Shown in pieces: positions 16,180 through 23,368 of a stretch of DNA of 32,000 bases. Each line of letters begins with the position of its first letter. Position 1 is the first letter of the stretch. The notes beneath the pieces were generated by a model that worked only from the letters and a program-made list of their open reading frames with translations, had not been told where the DNA came from and did no database searches. A program made the position numbers and the translations under genes. Source of the stretch: Candidatus Methanophagaceae archaeon (GTDB lineage: Archaea > Halobacteriota > Syntropharchaeia > Alkanophagales > Methanospirareceae); NCBI GenBank assembly GCA_003194425.1, contig PQXB01000001.1, positions 1,000,444 to 1,032,443 of the forward strand, written 5' to 3'.

Positions 16180-17377
16180 GTTTAAGTTGTTTCTTTGGCT
16201 GCTGTCTGCGTTGGTCTTCTTTTCCTCCGTGAGCACGGCTTCAGCGGACGAAGTGGACGACCTGCTAAACAAGTGCGGAATCGCTCCTGACCCGAAGCCG
16301 TCTGTGATGGTTTACGACTACGAGCTCAGCCCGGAGACGCTGATGCCCGGCGATCTGGGCGTGCTTACGGTAACGCTCAAGAATATGCAGGAGGAGCCGA
16401 TTGAGAAGGATGTGGACATAAAAGAAGAAGTAGTAGCGGACTACACAACCGTAGAAAAGACAACAACAACGAAAAAGACAACAACAAAGGAAAACACAAC
16501 AAAAGAGAAAGGGACAACCACAGAGGAAGAAACAACAAATACAATAAAGGAGAAAGTTGAACCTAAAATGCGAACCATTGACATTGACGCCGAGACGATG
16601 TTCACGATGGACGCTTTCGTAAAAGAAGCCTACATTCTCGAGAACAACGACTTTAAAGTCTACAACAAATATCTCTCGGCTGGCGTAGTCGGACCCGACG
16701 AGAAAATTGACTTCGCGTTCAAGATAAAAGCCCCTGCTGAAGAGGGGATTTTTATGCTGAAGTTCGTTGCAGACATTGAGGACACAGAAGGGAAGAACAG
16801 CAAAGGGATTCGCTATTTTATCCCTGTTACTGTTGCAGGCACGCTGAAAATAATGCCTCTCGAAGTCTCGCAGAACGAGGTCAGGTTGCAAGTTGTAAAC
16901 GAGGGGCTGTCTGACGCTGACTGCGTTTTTGCGACGGCAAGCGACGGCGGGCTGGAATTCGAGCAGGAAGAAATCTACCTCGGCAGGATAAAATCTGGCG
17001 AGTCTGCTGTCGCTGTGTTTAAGGTCTGTGAAGCCGAAGAAGGCGAGAACAGTGCAGTTGCAGTTTTCAAGGCGACTTACAAGAACGGCGTAAACGAGCA
17101 CGAGTCCAACCAAGTCTGTGTGAAAATGCTGTCTCTGCGTTGCGGCGGCGGGGAAAAAGAAGAAGAGAAAGAAAAAGAGAAAGAGAAAGAAGTAGAAGAA
17201 GAAACGGTGTTGCTGTTGGAAGGACAAGGGCAGCCAGAAACCCCTCTCGGGAAAAGGTTAGGGGCAGGTTTCGCAGTTGCTGTGCTTGTAGAGGCTGTAG
17301 CAGGAGCAGTGGCAGTGGGTTTTGGTCGGAAAAAGGGAAAGAGAAGAAGTAGGGAAGAAGGAGGAGAAGAAGAATGA
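16157..17377 (+). CDS. COG1361/CARDB-like S-layer-domain protein with C-terminal TM anchor and charged tail
   Basis: GTG 16157 or GTG 16172 (GGAGGTGA at 16153..16160) overlaps the previous stop at 16179. Signal peptide KFKLFLWLLSALVFFSSVSTASA. VMVYDYELSPETLMPGDLGVLTVTLKN is typical of COG1361-type domains. Has a T/K/E low-complexity insert. C-terminal GAGFAVAVLVEAVAGAVAVGF + KKGKRRSREE. Confidence 0.6.
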   Translation: MRREGVSKFKLFLWLLSALVFFSSVSTASADEVDDLLNKCGIAPDPKPSVMVYDYELSPETLMPGDLGVLTVTLKNMQEEPIEKDVDIKEEVVADYTTVEKTTTTKKTTTKENTTKEKGTTTEEETTNTIKEKVEPKMRTIDIDAETMFTMDAFVKEAYILENNDFKVYNKYLSAGVVGPDEKIDFAFKIKAPAEEGIFMLKFVADIEDTEGKNSKGIRYFIPVTVAGTLKIMPLEVSQNEVRLQVVNEGLSDADCVFATASDGGLEFEQEEIYLGRIKSGESAVAVFKVCEAEEGENSAVAVFKATYKNGVNEHESNQVCVKMLSLRCGGGEKEEEKEKEKEKEVEEETVLLLEGQGQPETPLGKRLGAGFAVAVLVEAVAGAVAVGFGRKKGKRRSREEGGEEE

Positions 17378-18663
17378 AAAAGAAACTGTTGGCTTCTCTC
17401 TCGGTAGTAGTGGTTCTAACATCGGTGGTCGTTGCTGGTGCTGGAGGAGGGGGAGGAAGTGTTGAGGTTGGTTTTTCTGCTTCTTCTGCTTCTTCTGTTT
17501 CGAGGGGGGAGGTCGTAAATGAAATTATGAATTTTATGAAGGAGAGATATTTAGGGGAAGATTTAGGGGAGGGGCCCCTTGGCGAAGAAGAGCTCTGCAA
17601 ACTCGCCTGCACTTATTTTTACCGCGGCAGGTACCCAAGAACAATTACGACCGCGACAGGCGAAAATGTTACGATTTACAAGCCGCTGGAGCGGGTGGTT
17701 GTGCTGAACACGGACATTGCGGAGACGATTCGCGTTTTAGGTGCCGAGGGCAAAATAGTCGGCATCAGCGACACGATAAAAAAACGACCTGCCTTTTTCC
17801 CGAAGATAAGTAAAAGACCGGTGGTTGGGGGGTGGAAGGAGATTGACGTCGAGGCGGTGCTGCAGTTAGAGCCCGACGCTGTCTTTGCTTACGGGAACTG
17901 GCCTGGTCCTGAATACATCGAGGAGAAACTACCGCCGAGCGTAACCGTCGTCCGACTGGACTTCTTCAAGCCCAAAGAACTCAGAGACGGTTTAAAAACT
18001 TTTGGTTATTTTCTTGAAGAGGAGGAAAATGCAAGTAAGTACCTCGAGTGGCACGACAAATATGCGGGCGAGATAAAAGAGCGGGTGGCAGAGATTCGAG
18101 AACGGCGAGGAGGGCGGAAAGACGAGCCGATTAAAGTCTTCCTCGACAAGAGCGCGGAGGAGTCAGTAAACGAACGCAAGACCTTTTCAGAGGGGACAGG
18201 AATGCACCAGCTCTGCGAACTCGCAGGCGGGCAGAACATTGCTGTGACCGCCGAGCTCGTAGGAACTTACCCGACTGTAGCGACCGAGAAGATTTTGGAG
18301 CAAGACCCTGCGGTCATTGTTGGGCTCTCTCGCAAGGGTGGCTACGAGACCGACGACGAATCCGGGCTGAAAGAGGAACACGAAAGGTTGGTTGGGCTAC
18401 CGGGGTTTGACAATCTCACAGCGGTAGAAAACGAGCGCGTTTACCTAATCGACAGCAGTGTGGCGTTCGGTCCGAGTTACCCCGTCGGTCTCGCCTACCT
18501 CGCAAACTGGCTCTACCCAGAGGAGTTTGAGGATTTGGATTTTAATTTAGATTTAAACCCGCAAGCAATTCTCCAAGAATATTTGGACAATTTCTGCGGC
18601 ATTGACTTCGATCTCACGAAGCACGGGGTGTTTGTGTTTCCGGGAACGGGAACGGAGGGGTGA
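17374..18663 (+). CDS. FecB/BtuF-type (Peripla_BP_2) substrate-binding protein, N-terminally membrane anchored
   Basis: ATG 17374 overlaps the previous stop (ATGA). TM/signal MKKKLLASLSVVVVLTSVVVAG. VTIYKPLERVVVLNTDIAETIRVLGAEGKIVGISD...WKEIDVEAVLQLEPDAVFA is the classic cluster-A iron-siderophore/cobalamin binding-protein pattern. Confidence 0.8.
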   Translation: MKKKLLASLSVVVVLTSVVVAGAGGGGGSVEVGFSASSASSVSRGEVVNEIMNFMKERYLGEDLGEGPLGEEELCKLACTYFYRGRYPRTITTATGENVTIYKPLERVVVLNTDIAETIRVLGAEGKIVGISDTIKKRPAFFPKISKRPVVGGWKEIDVEAVLQLEPDAVFAYGNWPGPEYIEEKLPPSVTVVRLDFFKPKELRDGLKTFGYFLEEEENASKYLEWHDKYAGEIKERVAEIRERRGGRKDEPIKVFLDKSAEESVNERKTFSEGTGMHQLCELAGGQNIAVTAELVGTYPTVATEKILEQDPAVIVGLSRKGGYETDDESGLKEEHERLVGLPGFDNLTAVENERVYLIDSSVAFGPSYPVGLAYLANWLYPEEFEDLDFNLDLNPQAILQEYLDNFCGIDFDLTKHGVFVFPGTGTEG

Positions 18664-21128
18664 TGAAAAGAGAAAGGAAAAGCAGCAGGAGGAAGAAGAG
18701 GAAGAAGGGCTTTTGTGTTAGTGTGACACTGGTAGCCTTTGCAGTGCTGGCGGTAGTGCTTCTTGCACTTTCTTCTACCGCGTCCGCAAAGTCCGTCCGC
18801 AGGAATTACACCGACGACGGCGAAGGTGGTTTCTTGTGGTACAATGAGACGGACAGTAGTAGTACGGCAGAGCACGCATCACCTATACCTAAATTTTACG
18901 AAGGTGAAAAGATTTATTTTTTGAACAATGCATCAAACAAGTCGGAGAATGTGAGTGTTTCGGGTCCTTGGAATGACGATGAGCCTGTCAAAGATGAAGG
19001 CGAGGAAGTTAAAGCAGGCGAGTTCTGGGATTCAGAAGGAAGATCAACGAATAAATATTACTATGTAAAAGATTCTTCTGGAGACGGCGGAGGCTGGCTA
19101 AAACTTGAGAAGCAGTCGTTAAAGGTAGAAATAGTTGGAAAGGAGGATAATAAAAAGACGAAGGTGGTGGAGGGGAATGAATTCAACCTCAGATTAAAGA
19201 AGAACGAGAAAGAGGGAGGGGTTTTGAAGATGACAATCGAGAATAAGGAAAATAAAAATCGAATAGAAGATGAGAAAGGCACTGAAATCTACGAAGTACT
19301 CGTGAGATACAGCTGGAAGGATTTTCTACCTTATGACGACAAGACCAACAGGATCGTGGTTTCTGCTGACAAGACAAAGGTAATAAAAGGGGTACAAATA
19401 AATGAGGATAAAAGACTCGTCTTCAACACCTCTCACCTGAAGATGGAGGGAGGTGAAGAGTACACGATAAGATTAGAGGACTACGCAACAGAGGTAGAAG
19501 CTACGGCAGACATAAAGGTTGTGGAAAAGGAGGTGGAGATAGAATGTGACGAGGAAGTGATACAAGGAGATGACATTGAGATAACGATAAAAAGTTCGTT
19601 CTGCGATGAAACCGCAAACATCACGATTAAATGTGCGGGAGAGTTTTGGAAGAATGGTACAGGGAATAAAACAGTACAGCTTGACGAAGACGGGCAGGCT
19701 ACTGCTTATTTTTCCACAGACGACGCGGAGCTTGGCAGGCAAGAGGTGACCGTTGTAGTCAGCGGAATGGAGAGGGTAAAATATGTAATGGTAAGGGAGG
19801 GGGAGGCGAGTTTAGAAGATGTGCCCGCAGAGGCGACTGTCGGCGACATTGTCACTCTAAAAGGCAGTTCGAACTTCGGTGAGTACGCAATCTTCGTGAT
19901 TGAAGATGTCTTTAAAAAAGAAGAGAAGATCGCGGGTGACAAATTCGAGTGGGTCTGGGACACGACCGGCGAGACTGACGGCTACAATAATATTGAGATT
20001 TTCATTCTTGACGAGCGCGCACCATTTTCTGTTGGAGATTATGTAAGTGAAGACTGGAAGAAGAGTGAGGAAGGGAAGAAAGGAGGAGTAGACGCTTCTG
20101 CGGGCATTTACTTGCTCCCGCCGGAGCTCACTATGAGCGTTCCGGAAATCGTATCTGATGACGACGAGGTGGAAGTAAACGGGACAGCCACTGGCACTGA
20201 CCACGTTTACCTCATCGTCATCGACTACAAGGGCGAACTGATATTTCCAGCGGGCGGAATTGAGAAGGCGACACCTGTCATCGATGACAAGTGGAACGAG
20301 AACATCGGCGAACTCGACTCTGCCAGGTACTGCGTGATTTCTGTTCACAAGGGCAAAGACGGAACGACAAAAGCGATTGAAGGCGGTAAGTGGGTGGTAG
20401 CAGAGGAAAGTCTCAAAGGCAAGTCGTTGAAGCAGAAAATAGCGATTCTTGAGGGTGAGGACGTTTTGGGAGAAGCGGGCAGCGACGACCTCTACGAGAA
20501 AGCGTACTTCACGGTCTCTGCACCGAGAGTCAGTCTTGAAGTGCCGGGAACGGTGCAAATCGGCGACCCGATTTCGGTGACGGCAGAGACGAACATAAAA
20601 GATGGAGAAAGGGCTTTTGTCTTCCTCTCGCAGAACTCAAGCCTCGTAGACAAGACAACCGCGACAGTCGCGGGCAGGAAAGTAGAAGCAAGCCTCAACA
20701 CGAGCGGGCTTGGACTTCAGCCAGGGAAATACGAAGTGAAGGTGGATGTCAGCGGGCGGGCTTCTGACGAGAAGGTAGTGACGCTGGTGGAGAAAGAGGA
20801 AAACGAGCCAACACAGCCGCCGGTGAGCAACGAAACTGAGCCACCGGGGAGCAACGAAACTGAGCCACCGGAGCCACCGGGGATGAACGAACCTAAGCCG
20901 CAGGGGGAGAACGAACTTGAGATTGAGGGCGGATTTGGAGAGGCTGAACTTGGGGAAGAGGGCGCGAACGGGACGAACGAGGGCTTTGAAGAGGAAGAAG
21001 CGGGAGAGGGAGCAGAGGGAAAGCCGAAGATGAGAATACCGCTAAACTCCTGGGATTTGCTCGTCTCGGTCTGTCTGGCGTTTTCTATTTCGACTGCCTT
21101 GAAGAAGCGTCGGCGGAGGCGTTGTTAA
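18660..21128 (+). CDS. large multi-domain surface protein with C-terminal TM anchor and poly-Arg tail
   Basis: GTG 18660 / ATG 18663 overlaps the previous stop. Basic N-terminus plus TM (FCVSVTLVAFAVLAVVLLAL). Repeated beta-rich modules, then an SNETEPP-type 24-bp repeat linker. C-terminal LLVSVCLAFSISTAL + KKRRRRRC. No family recognised. Confidence 0.65.
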   Translation: MMKRERKSSRRKKRKKGFCVSVTLVAFAVLAVVLLALSSTASAKSVRRNYTDDGEGGFLWYNETDSSSTAEHASPIPKFYEGEKIYFLNNASNKSENVSVSGPWNDDEPVKDEGEEVKAGEFWDSEGRSTNKYYYVKDSSGDGGGWLKLEKQSLKVEIVGKEDNKKTKVVEGNEFNLRLKKNEKEGGVLKMTIENKENKNRIEDEKGTEIYEVLVRYSWKDFLPYDDKTNRIVVSADKTKVIKGVQINEDKRLVFNTSHLKMEGGEEYTIRLEDYATEVEATADIKVVEKEVEIECDEEVIQGDDIEITIKSSFCDETANITIKCAGEFWKNGTGNKTVQLDEDGQATAYFSTDDAELGRQEVTVVVSGMERVKYVMVREGEASLEDVPAEATVGDIVTLKGSSNFGEYAIFVIEDVFKKEEKIAGDKFEWVWDTTGETDGYNNIEIFILDERAPFSVGDYVSEDWKKSEEGKKGGVDASAGIYLLPPELTMSVPEIVSDDDEVEVNGTATGTDHVYLIVIDYKGELIFPAGGIEKATPVIDDKWNENIGELDSARYCVISVHKGKDGTTKAIEGGKWVVAEESLKGKSLKQKIAILEGEDVLGEAGSDDLYEKAYFTVSAPRVSLEVPGTVQIGDPISVTAETNIKDGERAFVFLSQNSSLVDKTTATVAGRKVEASLNTSGLGLQPGKYEVKVDVSGRASDEKVVTLVEKEENEPTQPPVSNETEPPGSNETEPPEPPGMNEPKPQGENELEIEGGFGEAELGEEGANGTNEGFEEEEAGEGAEGKPKMRIPLNSWDLLVSVCLAFSISTALKKRRRRRC
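20822..20926 (+). repeat. 24-bp in-frame repeat: two near-identical copies plus degenerate copies, encodes (V/G)SNETEPP-type linker
   Basis: GGTGAGCAACGAAACTGAGCCACC at 20822 and GGGGAGCAACGAAACTGAGCCACC at 20846. Diverged units follow at 20879 and 20903. Confidence 0.8.
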
Positions 21129-21174
21129 GTTTATTAGGTTGTAGAATTTAGTGATTTGAAGAGGCGAAATAGAA

Positions 21175-22632
21175 ATGTGGCTATTTGGAAAGAAGCGACA
21201 CCCAAGACTGCTTAAAACGCAAAAAGTCAATTACTCGGACTTGTTTTTCATTTTGCGGCTCTCGCGGGGCGACCTCACGCTGAAACCGATTTTCATCGCG
21301 GCGAGTGTTGAACTCGGAAACAGCACCACAAAATCAATCCTGACCGCTACGGACTTGAAGAGCGGAAAGACCTACATTTTGGACAAGGCGGTCAGAATGA
21401 CCCGCGAGGCTCTCGACACTGGTGACTCGTTCTGCCACACGATTACAAATGTCGGGCTCTCGGAAGACTCGATCGCGGAGCTGGTGAAAGAGACACTACA
21501 GGAGTCTGCGAAGTCGGCAGGAATAACGATTCCGGATTTGCATTTCGTCGTGCGTTCTACGGGCGTAACAGCGTCCTTCTCGAAAATTGAGGAGGTTGAA
21601 GGCGTGATAAAAGCGTTGGCAAAGGGCTGCCTGCTCGCGGGAGTGCCGCCGCGGAAGATGATTTCGCCGATGAGTGTGGATAACATTGCGCCCGAGTTGC
21701 GGAAGTTTTCGAGGATGGAGAAGACTTATTTCGACGGTGCAGTGGCAGGCAACCTCCCACCCGCGGGCGAGTCAATCGTAGCGAACGAGATGGAGGGCGA
21801 GCTCGTAACCGCGGGGCTCAAGGAGGCTGCGAAATGGGTTGACGATGTGGATTTTCGGAACCCTGTTCTCTCCTTAGACTTCGGCACCACGCTCGCAGGT
21901 CGAATCTCGGACGACGGGCTGCCCTACGCCCGCGTTGTTGGAAATTTCTGCGGCTTGGCAGGCGCGATTCCCGACGCGATCGTCTCGCAGGTTGTCAGGC
22001 AGGACTACCCCTCTGTCCTCGACTTGCACTTGCAAAGCCAAAAAAAGAGACGGGTAAAAAAGGAAAAGGAGGTTGTGAGCGGCTACACCGAGGAGATTTT
22101 GAGGTTTATTCGCGTGGAAAAGGTAAAGAACGGCGCTCGCAGTAGAGTAGGCGGAGTGCCGGTAAATGCCGGTGCAGCGGAGAAGAGTGGCGTTGTCTTA
22201 ATTGGAATTGACGCGGGCGAGAACCTCTCGGAGTTGCCGAAATTGGCGGAAATCGGTGCAGAGCTCGTAAAAGAAGAGGGCGAGCAGTACCTTGCACCTG
22301 TGATTGACGAGTTGGCGGGGTGCGAGGTTGAGCGGTTGGTCGGAGTGGCGAAGGAGGAAGGTTTATTACTGCCTAACACGAAAATAGGAATAACGGGCAG
22401 GGCAGGAATAACGGGGAAGAAGCCCGAAATAATCTTGGAGAAGTTAAGCAAGTTGCTTGGACGGGAAATGGAGAAAGAAGTGATTTTTGCGGACGACGCA
22501 CTAGCACGGGGTGCTGCGGTTCTCGGAAAATGTATGCACCAGTTCGGAACGCCCCAGAACCCGATAGGCGGCATTCAAGGTCAAGGCTGCGTCTTTGGCA
22601 AGAGGGTGAAGAAGCAGAAAGGAAGGGTTTGA
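21175..22632 (+). CDS. mmp14: methanogenesis marker protein 14-like (ASKHA/actin-fold ATPase-like)
   Basis: 485 aa. The N-terminal IFIAASVELGNSTTKSILTATDL matches my memory of the TIGR03285 family (ASVELGNTTTK, phosphate-1-like motif). Size fits. True start uncertain: the first ~35 codons may be non-coding. Confidence 0.6.
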   Translation: MWLFGKKRHPRLLKTQKVNYSDLFFILRLSRGDLTLKPIFIAASVELGNSTTKSILTATDLKSGKTYILDKAVRMTREALDTGDSFCHTITNVGLSEDSIAELVKETLQESAKSAGITIPDLHFVVRSTGVTASFSKIEEVEGVIKALAKGCLLAGVPPRKMISPMSVDNIAPELRKFSRMEKTYFDGAVAGNLPPAGESIVANEMEGELVTAGLKEAAKWVDDVDFRNPVLSLDFGTTLAGRISDDGLPYARVVGNFCGLAGAIPDAIVSQVVRQDYPSVLDLHLQSQKKRRVKKEKEVVSGYTEEILRFIRVEKVKNGARSRVGGVPVNAGAAEKSGVVLIGIDAGENLSELPKLAEIGAELVKEEGEQYLAPVIDELAGCEVERLVGVAKEEGLLLPNTKIGITGRAGITGKKPEIILEKLSKLLGREMEKEVIFADDALARGAAVLGKCMHQFGTPQNPIGGIQGQGCVFGKRVKKQKGRV

Positions 22633-22648
22633 AGGAGAGAAAGAGAAA

Positions 22649-22702
22649 GAAGGTGAGAAAGGGAATGAAGGTGAGAAAGGGAATGAAGGTGAGAAAGAAA
22701 GG
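22649..22702 (+). repeat. 18-bp x3 intergenic tandem repeat GAAGGTGAGAAAGGGAAT
   Basis: Copies at 22649 and 22667 are identical; the copy at 22685 differs in its 3' third. They lie between the mmp14 stop (22632) and ATG 22727. Confidence 0.9.
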
Positions 22703-22726
22703 GAGAGAGAAAAGGGAGGAGAGGAA

Positions 22727-23368
22727 ATGGAGGTGAAAGTGGAAGGAGGGGACGAGTTTGCAAATGCGAGTTACGAGAAATTGTGCAATCTTATCTGCAG
22801 GGACATTGGCGTAAAAGGAAACATCGACAGGCTACAGATGTTCTGCAACGCGGCGGAGCACATTTTTATACTCTCGGTTAAGATCGGCAGAGTGGGAAGC
22901 CCAGTGAAAGTGAGGGATGTAACGCAGCGAGAGGGGAAGAAGTTGAGGATAACAAACGAGAAATATGCACCCGAGTTGCTCGCTCTCTTGTGGGACAAAT
23001 ACGGAAAGGGAAAGGAAGAGGGAGTGGAAGAGGGAGTGGAAGAGGGAGTGGAAGAGGAAGAGGGAGACGGAGAGAGAGGAGGCGAGCGGGTTCGTCAAAT
23101 AAGCAGGTTAGAGGTGGGGTTTGAACTGAAGGAGGAGGAGGTTGCGGAACTGATGGAATTGGTTGTTTCTGACCCCCGAGATGACTTGACCTTCAAGATT
23201 TTGGACGGAATTGACCGAATATTGCCCGAGGGGGCGCGAGTGCGGCATCCTGTTTCTACTGCACACGGGGTAACAATTCTCGCTTCAGAAAATCCAATAA
23301 AAGAGGAGTGGAGAGCGACGGCAGAAAAAATAGCGCAGGAAATGGAGGGGGTGAATGAAAATGTATGA
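22727..23368 (+). CDS. probable methanogenesis marker protein 17-like protein
   Basis: 213 aa, GGAGG upstream of ATG 22727, and an 8-14 nt overlap with the downstream McrC-family gene. N-terminal MEVKVEGGDEFANASYEKL and EKYAPELLALLWDKYG resemble what I recall of Mmp17 (TIGR03291). Not verified. Contains a 12-bp EEGV repeat. Confidence 0.45.
   Translation: MEVKVEGGDEFANASYEKLCNLICRDIGVKGNIDRLQMFCNAAEHIFILSVKIGRVGSPVKVRDVTQREGKKLRITNEKYAPELLALLWDKYGKGKEEGVEEGVEEGVEEEEGDGERGGERVRQISRLEVGFELKEEEVAELMELVVSDPRDDLTFKILDGIDRILPEGARVRHPVSTAHGVTILASENPIKEEWRATAEKIAQEMEGVNENV
23015..23062 (+). repeat. 12-bp in-frame tandem repeat GAAGAGGGAGTG x3 plus one degenerate copy, encodes (EEGV)3
   Basis: Perfect copies at 23015, 23027 and 23039. 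GAAGAGGAAGAG at 23051. Confidence 0.9.

Noticed and set aside
16265-17227. 320-aa minus-strand ORF
   Set aside because: Antisense to the COG1361-like gene. F/L/C-rich product, caused by purine-rich sense codons that lack reverse-strand stops.
19857-20558. 233-aa minus-strand ORF; the same applies to 22083..22574, 9105..9635, 23285..23782 and 15151..15480
   Set aside because: All lie antisense to better-supported genes. They have no recognisable motifs and skewed composition.
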